Of a stretch of DNA of 64,000 nt, positions 14,395 to 25,400 are shown one piece after another. The DNA lies in assembly GCA_051294375.1 (NCBI GenBank), contig CM119264.1, forward strand, positions 8,528,211 through 8,592,210, given 5' to 3'. Position numbers and translations under genes: made by a program. How positions within the stretch are numbered: position 1 is the first letter of the stretch; every line of letters starts with the position of its first letter. Under the pieces are notes generated by a model. The model was not told where the DNA came from, did no database searches, and worked only from the letters and a program-made list of their open reading frames with translations. The stretch is from Paraspadella gotoi (taxonomy: Eukaryota; Animalia; Chaetognatha).

Positions 14395-15527
14395 GTGAGT
14401 CATTTTCAAATTGGTCCGAACCCTCAATAATCCATTATTGCTTTAGTATTTTTGCGGGCTGGGCTATTGACTAATTGAGAATAGCGGTGTCACAACTAAA
14501 AGAATTAGCTCTAACTGTAGATACGTAATATAATAATATTGAAATGTGATGGAAAAACTGACAACGACTCAGCGCGATTTGTCGGCGTTTTTCCGAAAAA
14601 AAAAATGGAATGTGAGTTGCGACGCATTTGAAGGTCTAAAAGCTCCTTTAACCCTGACCATAAACTACCAAAGAAAAAGCATCGGCTGCTCCAGCGGGTT
14701 TTTACCTTTCTATTATTGGCAGTCGTCAACTCGTAATGTTTCCATTTCGGTTGGACGCAACCTTAGTCCCGATAGGAAGGGCGTTAGTCGCTTAGAGTAA
14801 GAGAAATGGGTCGAAGAGTTAAAGACGAAATGACAACGAGAATTTTATTTTCAAGCGTACTAGGAACTATGTACATACAAAGTTTGTCCTTAAAAATAAC
14901 AATAACAAATTGATACGTATAAATAGAAAAATCCACAAAAATCGTTGCCGAGAAAAGGTTTAAGTTTGTTGTGGTTTTTATGTAATCGTCGTCTTTACCT
15001 TCGTGGTCGTCATGATCGTCGTCGCCGTTGGATTGAGGCCATTTGCGAAAATCGTTGGCGACTCGGAAGTCAAAACAGGAAACTCCCATCGCTCACCTCA
15101 CCTCACACCCATCCCTCACCACACCTCTCATCCATCCCTCACCTCACCCATCACTCACCTCACACACGCAAGGCCCCTTCCCTCCCAACCGCGTTGATGC
15201 CATGAAGTTTCCACCTGAGCCAACCCGAGTCATTTCCATTGCAACTTGCAAGGTGAGTCGCCACCAACATCCCGCGTCGCCCTCCACATTCCAGGTTTCA
15301 ACTTTCTAGGGTGAAAAAACAAAAGTGGGAGGGAAAATATTGAAAGTATGAGATCATTATAATAAAAAAAGATAAAATAATATGAAATGGAAGTAATAAA
15401 CAAAAAAAAAACCAAAAAATTGGTGGACAAAAAGAAGAAAAAGAAGAAGCGATGGTTTTGTTCGGATGTGGAGGCTGAGGCCGCTTCATAAATTATCGCG
15501 ATGTTAAGGGTCATTTCTTTACGGCTT

Positions 15528-15638
<111 letters not shown>

Positions 15639-16497
15639 CTCCTATTTTTTTCTGAATATCATTTTGTTGCCGTTTTTGGCTGCAGTTTTCGGGCTTCCTT
15701 AGGGCCCGAGAAAATCTGCGTTGTCTTTTACCGATAGCTTGGTGAGAGTGAGATTGACTCGAAATCTACTAAAACGAATCACTAATTACAATCAACACGA
15801 AAGTTTAAATAACATTAGTGGTACAGAATCTTAACAAAAACCTATCCTGCATTACGTCGGTTAAATTATATTTAAGTTTATAACGTTTTTACTTTCACAT
15901 TGGCACGACACTTGCCTATTCAGCCTTGACTCAATCTCTATCGTTGAGTCGACTTTTTCTCGGTCTCGACTTCCGCCATATTTTCGGTTGGAAGTCCTTT
16001 GCCCACGGTAGGCAGATTATCGATGAGGTTTGAGGTCAAGGGGTTACGACCTCGATAAATCAAGAGCATTAAGGAAAAAAAAAAAAGGAAAGGAATAAAA
16101 AGAATAGCTAAAAAAAAAGGAAAAGAGAAGATATTTTATTGGGGAATGCAAAAAAAAAGAAGAAAGATTGTATCAGAAATATCAGAAAATGATAAAAAAA
16201 GGAAACAAGGAAAACCCGTTCAAGCCCCCCCCCCAAAGAAAATAAGAACAACACAGAGAGCTTACTCACTTAAAGCTGGACCACGTTATTTTTCTAGCCT
16301 CGACGACACAATTAAGAGGATGTATTTACGATATCTGTTTGTCAGAATTTACTTACCATACAGTATCTGTTTGTCAGTTGACTCAAAAATGAATGAAAAA
16401 TTCCTCCTAACTCAACTCTGTAAAAACTTAAATTCATTACGATAAATACGCGATATTTACCTTCGTACAGATAAGGTACCTTCTCCGATTCGTACAG

Positions 16498-16718
16498 ATA
16501 CGGCCCCGTGATCGATTGCGACGAACTTCACGTCATCGACGTCGGATCGACGACAACGACGACTACAAAAGCGACGGAATTCAACGTCACGTGCGACGTC
16601 ATCGCCAATCCACCGATAACCGCGCGACATCTCTCGTGGAAAATGGCGGAGATAGACGAAGATTCAAACAAAAGAACAATCGATCCTAGGGACGCAGAGG
16701 CCCTCTGTCGATTGACAG
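16498..16718 (+). CDS. Ig protein exon: start of D4 (RYGPVIDCDEL...FNVTCDVIANPPITARHLSWK...ALCRLT)
   Basis: gtacag acceptor in phase 2 gives the canonical linker VTLVLRYGP. VTCxVxANP...LSW is present. The donor G|gtctga is weaker. Confidence 0.85.
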
Positions 16719-17009
16719 GTCTGACAAAGATTCGTAAACTCGGAGAACGTAATTGTAATTCAATTTTAAGATTTTATGTTGTTTTCGCAATAAAAACTGG
16801 TTTTTTTTCCTAAGATTTTATGTAAATTTTTAGTCACAATTTCCACAATGATTAGTGTTTAAATGGATTCTCTTCGTAATCTATATTACATAACTAAATT
16901 CACAAGAGTACAAAAGTCAATTCATTACTTATAAAATCACGAATTCTATATTTATTCAATGTCGCATTCACCCTCCTCAACTTTTTCCCTTCCCGATATT
17001 CTATCACAG

Positions 17010-17222
17010 TTCTCCCCCACACGCTGCCTTCCCGCCAACTCCCTCGTCAACGCGTCGTCCTCCGAATCGACGCTCGTCTCTTCAGACTCCACCGACGCCG
17101 CCTCTTCTCCGTCTCCCTCTTCGAGCGCAACCATCGCGACTCCCTCCACCGAAGTCTCGCCTTCAGTGACTTCCGGTTGCGCGTCGTCGGGGACCTTCAG
17201 CGCTTCGTGGATGACGGGAAAG
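17010..17222 (+). CDS. Ig protein exon: probable end of D4 (phase 1: VLPHT...RVVLRIDARLF...FSVSLFERN...DFRLRVVGD...DDGK)
   Basis: atcacag acceptor and AAG|gtgtga donor. The phase-1 frame is open with alternating beta-strand patterns. A Ser/Thr-rich phase-0 frame is also open, so the frame is not certain. Confidence 0.6.
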
Positions 17223-17261
17223 GTGTGAGGTGGCACTTGGGGAGTTTGCCTGTTGTTGGTT

Positions 17262-17351
<90 letters not shown>

Positions 17352-17710
17352 ACCCGACATCAAATTAAAAATCTCTTTTTATGCTTTTCATTTCAAAAAG
17401 GAATAAAGGTCCTAATTCATTTTTATCTCTTCTTATCAAATTCCTAGTATTCAGACTTCCCACCCTTCTTTTTGCTCTGCCTCTGTTCTGCCTCCCTTTC
17501 TCAGCCGCCGGACTCTCGCCCCCCCCCCAGTGCCACTGGTGAACCTGGGGGCACCGGGTGCCACCTGGGGGCACCGGGTGCCACCTGCCGCCAAAGGCCG
17601 CCGCTATCGTCAGGGCGGCGATGGCGGCGAAAACCGGCATCGAGGCCGGCGGTTGTTATGATGACGATGTTGTTGACAGCCGCTTTTATGGGCGCATCTC
17701 GGAAGCGAAT

Positions 17711-17782
<72 letters not shown>

Positions 17783-18233
17783 AGAGAGAGAAATGCCAAA
17801 ACATTCGCCGTTGGCTTTGAAATGAAATGGGTGAATGAGAGCAACAGGGAGTTTTCAACGACTCAAAAGGAAGGAAAGGGAAAGGGAGCGAAAGAAGAGG
17901 AGAGAGAAGGATGAGGAGAAAGAGAGAGAGGTAGTAGAGGAGAGCGTGACGCTTGGGTTCAGACGTAGAGCACGAAGCCTCGTCTCTAATTTCCTAGCGA
18001 TTCGGGAGATCAGAAGTAAAAAAGGCGGAAATAGTCACGAAAGTCAACACGTATCGTTCAGCAGAAAGAGAGAGAGAGAGGAAGGGCTTGCAAAAAGAGA
18101 GAATGAGAGAGAGAGAGAGGGGTTGACGTTGACGGAAAGCGTCCCCATCGCCACTCTCACTCTCTCACAATTTCGTTTCCCTTGAAAAATGGTCGCCTCG
18201 TTTTGATCCCGAAGGTTTGACCATTTCTCTCCC

Positions 18234-18235
<2 letters not shown>

Positions 18236-18326
<91 letters not shown>
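18236..18326. repeat. (GTC)n trinucleotide microsatellite, about 30 units
   Basis: Perfect run. Shorter GTC/GAC runs are frequent across the window. Confidence 0.97.
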
Positions 18327-18897
18327 CAGTCGGTGACTTTTGCAATGAGGCCAAAAAGGGCACAGATAGCTGAGGCGCAAGCAGAAAAAAGAAATGTTGC
18401 GATATGAGTGAGATTTGGCGAACAAAAGAGTCGGAGCTGGAAATAATAATAGAGGCTCTCCTATGAAAACTTAAAACACAAACATTCAATTGTGAAGCAA
18501 CGCTAAATATATTTGTTTCATCGTCATTGTCATCCTCTTCTCAGTCATCATTCTTTGTCATCTAGAAGTTAACGTTTCTCGTTTTTTTGTTATAATCACG
18601 CTCGTCATCTTCGTCGTTATCGTCGTCCATGCAGTTTGTCGATGCTAGGAACGAAATCGCCGCGACCTCTGTCGACCTTTGAAAGGAAGGAAAAGAAAAA
18701 CAAACGAAGGAGGGGATAAACAAAAGAGCAGCGGGCGACGACGACGACAACGACGACGACGACAACGCTGCCGGAATAGAAAATATGGCGGATGAAAACG
18801 AGATCGCGCCTCGGAGGTTGCATGAAGTTGGCGCCGCCCCTTTCGCTTCGGTTATTGTTGTTAGGTTTTTTTGTTTTTGCTCCTCGCTCCCTCGCTC

Positions 18898-18976
<79 letters not shown>

Positions 18977-19173
18977 TTTCATTGTTTTCCTTCAGGCGTC
19001 GGTCATCTTCCATCGTGCCTCTTTCGGCTTCTCCTTGCCTTCCTCCTCCTCCTCCTCCTCTTCCTCCTTCCTCTTCCTCTGCGCGACCCGTGTTCCCTTT
19101 CGACCGTGAAGGGCGCCCCCCGTCGACTCCCCTGTCATCCCTGGGGCGGCGCCTTTTCCCGGGCTAACGCCAG

Positions 19174-19303
19174 GAGCTGGCGGCGCCTTTCCTGCCACCG
19201 ACGGCGCCGGTTTTGGCTTCGACGGCAGCCTCGTGACGCTGGTTGCTGCGCTGGCGTTTTTCTTCTCGCTGCTGATGCTGCTGGTGGTGCTGGTGGTTAT
19301 GAG
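19174..19303 (+). CDS. Ig protein transmembrane exon (...GFGFDGSLVTLVAALAFFFSLLMLLVVLVVM)
   Basis: About 24 hydrophobic residues, followed after AG|gtaagt by RRK in the next exon. The 5' boundary is uncertain, with candidate acceptors at 18996, 19112 and 19174. Confidence 0.8.
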
Positions 19304-19551
19304 GTAAGTTAATCCTCGGTTCATCTAAGAATGCGATAAGGAGACAAAGACATATTTTATAATTGAAAATAAGAAGTTGTAATGAACATCCCTGTATCGT
19401 ACAGAATTTACCAAACAAGAATTGTAAACTCTTTCCCGACAAAAACAACCAAATCTTCTCCTTCCAAAAATAGCTCCTTACGCACAAAAATGTCCAAATG
19501 TCCACTTTCCCCACAAACCATCATCCTACGCCCCCCTTCCCTCCATCACAG

Positions 19552-19771
19552 ACGCAAAGAGTCGCTCTCGAAGAGCCACGACGTCGCCCGCGGGATCCAC
19601 GCCGGTTTCGGCGACGTCGAGAGTCTCGATTCTGACGTCACGCCCGGCGCCACCCACACCTACTCCCTCGACGGGACGATGGTGGCGGTGCTGTCATCGT
19701 CATGGCAACAAAACCACAATCCTTTAAAGAATGCCGACCTCAACTCGTCGGTCGGGCGGACGAGCAGTTTG
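19552..19771 (+). CDS. Ig protein cytoplasmic exon (RRKESLSKSHDVARG...THTYSLDG...SVGRTSSL)
   Basis: catcacag acceptor in phase 2 gives a basic stop-transfer sequence right after the TM; TTG|gtgagt donor. Confidence 0.82.
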
Positions 19772-19926
19772 GTGAGTTCGCGGTGTAAGGGGCTTCGTGA
19801 GGTGGTTGACGTAGATGACGTGGAAGAATATGAATGTAAATATCAACTTATTACATTTTATGAAGAATTAAGCACGACTAAGTTTTATGTTGTTTTTTTT
19901 GTTTTGTTTTTTTTTACATTTTTCAG

Positions 19927-20049
19927 CAGCTTCACAACGTAAAATATATTGATCGCGAAGGGACTCGAACCCTCAATCTCCTGATCCGAAGTCAGGCGCC
20001 TTATCCATTAGGCCACGCGGTCGGCCACTATTTGCCTTTCATTATTTAA
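19927..20049 (+). CDS. Candidate terminal exon of the Ig gene (QLHNVKYIDREGTRTLNLLIRSQAPYPLGHAVGHYLPFII*), antisense to the tRNA
   Basis: Strong T-tract plus cag(cag) acceptor, phase 0 compatible, open to TAA at 20047-20049, with AATAAA about 30 nt downstream. Confidence 0.45.
   Translation, partial: QLHNVKYIDREGTRTLNLLIRSQAPYPLGHAVGHYLPFII
19950..20022 (-). tRNA. tRNA-Arg (anticodon TCG)
   Basis: Reverse complement is GACCGCGTGGCCTAATGGATAAGGCGCCTGACTTCGGATCAGGAGATTGAGGGTTCGAGTCCCTTCGCGATCA. It forms a cloverleaf with A/B boxes and a CCTGA-CTTCGGA-TCAGG anticodon arm, followed by TTTT. There is one acceptor-stem mismatch. Confidence 0.93.
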
Positions 20050-20869
20050 GAGATCATAATGTAAATTTAACATCGATAAATAAATAAAGATAAAGACGTG
20101 GAAATTTATCATTTATTGATTAAACAAGAATTGATTCTTTTAAGATACATTTAAGATACATTCACAATTTCCAGTTTTAATTGACTTTGATTATAATTAT
20201 ATACAATTAGGACGGTAACAATTACAACTATTATGACATATTAGGGCGTAGTGAAAGTTACATACGAAAATTCAAAATGTCAATTATGAACAACATACCA
20301 TCAGTGATTATTAATTTGTAAAAAAAAAAATTTATGTTCTTCAATTTTCGTAGTAGGCTATATTTATATATAGTACTATCCTTATAAAATCGAAAAATTT
20401 CAAAATAGGCTTTTCTTAATTTTGATTGCAGATTTGAATTCCTCGTCAAAAGTTGATTAAGTGGGTTAAATATTAAAAAAAAAATATTTAATACATAAAA
20501 TTTTAATTTTCAGCTTAAAATATAAGTTATTTTAATATTTGATCAACTTAATGAAAAAAAAATTAAAAAAGAGTTATATTTCTTTATGTCAACTTTTAAT
20601 GACAAATCCAAATCTTCAAAAAAATCTTACAAAAAAATATTTTGAAATTTTAACATTTATTGGATTAGTACTAGTATAAATAGGTCCTACTGCGTAAATT
20701 GTAAAATGTATTATAAAATTTGTTTACACATAAATGTTCATTAGTATAATATTATTCGTTCCTCACTTTTAGAATTTTAATTAAAGTTAAATTTAGAATT
20801 TTTACTCCGCTTTAATACATATAAAAGTATTGTTTACAACGAGGAAACCTCGAAATGGTCGAAATCAAA

Positions 20870-21145
20870 TCAAATCTTGTCTAGAATTTTCTCCAAAATT
20901 CTTTCGTGTCGCTTCGCGTCGACTTCGCAAACGACCAACGCCCACAACGCCCCCATCGAGGGTTGAAAGTTCGACGCCGTCAACGACGACGATTCCGACT
21001 CCGACTCCGCAGCGACTCTCAGCATCCTGGGAAGGGTGTCGTGGACGAGGAAGTTGATGAGTCCTTTGATTCGACGAGTTGTGTTGGACGGAGGGAGTCG
21101 ACGAGCGGCTTGGCGAAGGGACGCTTCGCACCTCTCGACGTCATT
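20870..21145 (-). CDS. Uncharacterised type II membrane / putative helical-cytokine gene, terminal exon (NDVERCEASLRQAARRL...RRIKGLINFLVHDTLPRMLRV...MGALWALVVCEVDAKRHERILEKILDKI*)
   Basis: cccccttcttcag acceptor, phase 0, 91 codons to TGA, with amphipathic helix periodicity. Confidence 0.7.
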   Translation of the reverse strand, partial: NDVERCEASLRQAARRLPPSNTTRRIKGLINFLVHDTLPRMLRVAAESESESSSLTASNFQPSMGALWALVVCEVDAKRHERILEKILDKI

Positions 21146-21342
21146 CTGAAGAAGGGGGCCGGGGGGGTTTCAATGAGTTGTCTACGGGTATCTGGAGTGG
21201 CAGGAAAACGTGAAGACCCCCTTGGTCTGGTTTATATCGGATTAGGTACAAAACAAAACTCGAATTTCTCCATTTCAATTGAAGAAAAGCATCTGGGACT
21301 AGCAGTCATTCAATCTCCCTTGATAAAATTCCGAGGAATAAC

Positions 21343-21595
21343 CTTCATATGCTTCAGTTCGTGACACTCGTTTCCATCGCTGGAGCCGCTCCAGTCGACC
21401 CCGCTCCTGAAGTGCGATACGATCGATGGAGCGAATTCTCTTTCGGCTGCGAATTCGTGGATGACACCATCGATTCTCGAGCGAAAGACGCGACGCGAAA
21501 TGAGAAGACCAAAGATTTGGGAAGAAGTGACGTCGTGGAAGACGCAGGGATGAGGAGGAGGAGGAGTCGTCGTCGTCGTCGTCATGGTCGATGAC
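21343..21595 (-). CDS. Same gene, middle exon (GSSTMTTTTTTTPPPPHPCVFHDVTSSQIFGLLISRRVFRSRIDGVIHEFAAEREF...GNECHELKHMK)
   Basis: aatag acceptor in phase 2 matches the upstream exon. AAG|gttatt donor in phase 0 matches the downstream exon. Both splice sites are weak. Confidence 0.65.
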
Positions 21596-21789
21596 CTATT
21601 TTTTCGCGGTAGTGGAGAAATATGTAAAATAAACATACCATAGTACATATACTGTACTATCTTATATTCATTGGTATATTCAAATTTGAGAAATTAGGAT
21701 ATTTTATTGTAGACGAGTTAACTTTTTAACTCGGCTTCGAATTGCTCATCATTTTCTGTGAGCAAAGGACGTCTTCCCATTAAACTTAC

Positions 21790-22033
21790 CCGCTCCGCTT
21801 CATTCGGCTCGAGTTTGTCTCAAAATCGTAGGCGTCGTTTACGAAAGTTTCCGTTCCCCTTGAAGTTTTCTGACTCGGCGTCGTCGTCTTCAAACTCGAG
21901 TCGTTGACGGCGATGGTGACGACGCTTCCGAAAGCGAATCCCAAAACGACGGCGACGACGATGACGACGACGAAAACGACGACGAAAACGACGTTTTCTT
22001 TGTGGACGCGTCGACGAGAAAATTCTTTCTCCT
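21790..22033 (-). CDS. Same gene, signal-anchor exon (EKEFSRRRVHKENVVFVVVFVVVIVVAVVLGFAFGSVVTIAV...ETNSSRMKRS)
   Basis: tttttccag acceptor and GG|gtaagt donor. Basic residues precede a long hydrophobic stretch, and an RxKR furin motif closes the exon. Confidence 0.7.
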
Positions 22034-22381
22034 CTGGAAAAATTTATCAGTTAATATATATACAATACGTATAATATGAAATTTCTCATTCACGCAATAA
22101 ACAAGCTATTTTTTTTTCTTCTCTATTTGAACAGACTACGGTGAGATAATGCCTGTCCTTGAAATAAAAACCACCTGATCTTTGATCGTCTTCACTTTTT
22201 CTCAGCATTAACGCTTTTTGGCCCGCAAACTCTGACGCCATCTTAAGTTCAAGATTTGTTACTTTTTGGAATAAAATTCGATTGATTTAGATTAAATGTT
22301 ATTGATTAAAAGAATTGGTACAACCGCGTTAAAATTTTCGGATTAAATGCAGGAGCAAAGGATGAAAGTTTCTTCTTATAC

Positions 22382-22415
22382 CTTGGCAGTATATATAGGG
22401 AAGTTGGAATACCAT
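22382..22415 (-). CDS. Possible first coding exon of the same gene (MVFQLPYIYCQ)
   Basis: An ATG in frame with an AAG|gtataa donor in phase 1, compatible with the 22033 acceptor. It is short and has no other support. Confidence 0.3.
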
Positions 22416-25400
22416 TTTCTCATAGCTCTATTCTGTGTGGCCATTTAAATCCCTGGCTAGTCCTGGATGCCAGGAAAATCCTTACGACATCCACTCTTCA
22501 TATTTTGCCGCGAAATTTCGACGACCTTGATTTACTTTCGGGTTCTCGTATGTTGCTTCCATTCTACGTAAGATGAACAATAGGGAAATTTTCTTTTTAA
22601 TAACATCTCGAGGATAAAGTGTAAAATTGACTAATTACTTAACTTCCTGTATGACCATGAACTGCTGTAAAAGCAGAAAGATCAGCAATAGCATCGTGAT
22701 TCCTTCACTTATATACTAGATGTCTCGAGAGCCTATTTCTCCACAAAATACTTCAACTCGCTATGTAATAAACTAATCAACATTCTATTTGTTATTCCTT
22801 CTCTTGCAGCGATGTTCCTTTGTTTCATTCGTTAGCTCTTTTTTCTGACTTCATCATGTTTAGAATTTTTTTTTTCGTTTTGATCATGCAAAGTGTAAAA
22901 AACTATTTTCTTTCCAATCGGTCATCGCATGAGATCTTTGATCTAGGGTCTCCCTTTCTCTCTCTCTCCTCTCATCCTCTCCTCTCTCTCTCATCTCGTC
23001 TCTCTCTTCGTCCCCCTTTTTTTCCGATAATCCAGTCATCCTTTCTCATCTTGGCCGTTTATTTAATAACGATTTTTCGCTAAGTCACTCTAGTTTGTCG
23101 AAGCTCGTTTATTTAATAGAAAGAGTTTCTCCACTAAACTCGGTCTCTTTTCTGCGATGGAAATAAGTCTTTTCAGGGTTTTCCTTTTACTTGCCCTAGT
23201 CCGTTTTTTTTTTTTGTGATGGCATGAGTTTTTTTTGTTCTATTCGGTTTGAGTCTTTTCAGTAATGGAAGGAGTTTTTGCCACAGTTGGCTGGATTCTT
23301 CTGGTAATGGAATGGGTTAAGGGTCTTGAGAGAATTCCTATTTTTATTTACTCAAAAGTAATGAAAGGAAAATGAGGTCTCCCGGTCCACTCTATCCCAA
23401 TCGGGTTACGTGAGTTTTGTTCTTTTCTCAAATTGAATGAGATCGTTGAAAAACTTATGTAGTTCCAAAAAAGTTAAAACGTGTGCATTTTTNNNNNNNN
23501 NNNNNNNNNNNNNNNNNNNNNNNNNNNNNNNNNNNNNNNNNNNNNNNNNNNNNNNNNNNNNNNNNNNNNNNNNNNNNNNNNNNNNNNNNNNNNNNNNNNN
23601 NNNNNNNNNNNNNNNNNNNNNNNNNNNNNNNNNNNNNNNNNNNNNNNNNNNNNNNNNNNNNNNNNNNNNNNNNNNNNTTTTATGAGTCCCTTTTTTTTCA
23701 GAGGCTCCATTACTGACCTCTGTAGATGTCGCCTTCGCCATTCCCGATTTTTTTATCCCCTTTGTTGTTTTGTTTTTCGTTTCGCGCTTTTTTGTTTTTT
23801 TCTCTCCTTCTTGTTTTGGTTTTTGCTTCGAAGCGAGACGAGAATACATTTTTTTTTGGTCCTCGGTCGCTATGATACCTCAAGTAAATAGTGTGTCGTT
23901 TCTTAACGGGAATTAATAATATTATTTTCGCTTTTTAACACTATAAGATCCCTACCTCGCCCTTTTCACATAAACTCACATAAAATCTTTTATTTAAGAT
24001 TTGATTACACACTCAAACCGTGTTACTCTTTATTACTCCGTTATCGTCGTCGTTTTCATATAAATTTCGCGATTCTCTCTACGAAGCCGAAGCCACTTGT
24101 TTTGTCTTCTTTTTTTCCTCGTCCGTCGACAGAGAGCGTCTGAAGAGGAGAGGATTTGGGTGGGACTGTGGTGGAACTCGGGTGGGACTGTGGTGGAACN
24201 NNNNNNNNNCTGTGGTGAAAGGGGAGGGGAACCTCGAGGCCGCCGGAGGCCGACTCACGTCCGCCGGTGATTCAAACTCAATTTTCTCGCGTCTGGTGGA
24301 ATTCGGCGGTATTTTGGCGTGATTCAACTCCAATTTTTCTTCGCCTCGCCACGTCTTCTTTTCTTTTTTCTCTCTTTTTTTTGTGCTCTTCTTTTTTTTA
24401 ATCTTTCCTTTCTTCGTCTGCCTTCAACTCGTTTCTTTTTCTTCTCTTACTTTTGCTTCAAATCGTTCTTTCGATTCTTGTCTTCTACGTTTCGTACTGA
24501 AGAGAAAAAAGAAGAGAAGAGAAGAACGGGAAGATGAGAGTAGAGATGAGAGAGAGGAGGAGAGACGGGCGACGGGAGGTGAGAGAGTTTCTTCGAATCA
24601 TTTGTCTAAAGCATTTATTTGATAAGTGTTGTGGCACAAAAACGTTACCGTTTATCGCGACCGAAAAAGGGAATGGGGGGGGAGGAATGAGAGATGAGAA
24701 GATGAATTTGTTTTATTATTATGCAAATGTGGAACTGTTATTAACACAGTAACAATTTGTGTAACAGTTAATGGCCGACATACATGTTTACACATTTTAA
24801 AATTAATAATTACAAAAAAAAAATTACAAGTGGCTATAACATAGTTTAAATTTAGTTTATTTACACATAACCTCCTTAACGTTCCACTCTCTCTTCCGAA
24901 TCATGATATCTTTATTCTTCTATGTTATTAAGTAATAATCAGAAAACGATATTTATCAAGATAACATAAGTTTATGCTTCCTTTATACAAATAATTAAGT
25001 ATATGTTCTTCATATCTTCTGTTGCATTTTTTCACAAGATTTGATTTTTAAATTATAGTTTAGCCGCGCACTCAAGCATCCATATCTGACATTAGAGGAG
25101 AGAGAGAGAGTGAGAGAGAGGAGAGAGAGGAGAGAGAGGAGAGGAAAGAGAAAGAAAGAGGGAAGAGAATNNNNNNNNNNNNNNNNNNNNNNNNNGAGAC
25201 AAAGACAAAGAATGGGGGAGAAAGACAGCAGGCATCGACAATAATAGTTTAAAGCGAATCAATTTTATTTCTTTTCTTTCGTTTGCGGATTTTCACGATA
25301 AAAAAGTTTCTTTGTTTTCAGTTTTTCAGTGAACAATACTGCCATATTTTTTAAATATTCAAGTTCAATACATAAATGAAAAACAAACCGAACTCTTTCT

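Noticed and set aside
20885-21594. Plus-strand ORFs 20906-21364 and 21349-21594 as 3' exons of the Ig gene
   Set aside because: The acceptors are weak. The minus strand gives a phase-consistent three-exon model with more protein-like sequence, so these are probably antisense shadows. They are not fully excluded.
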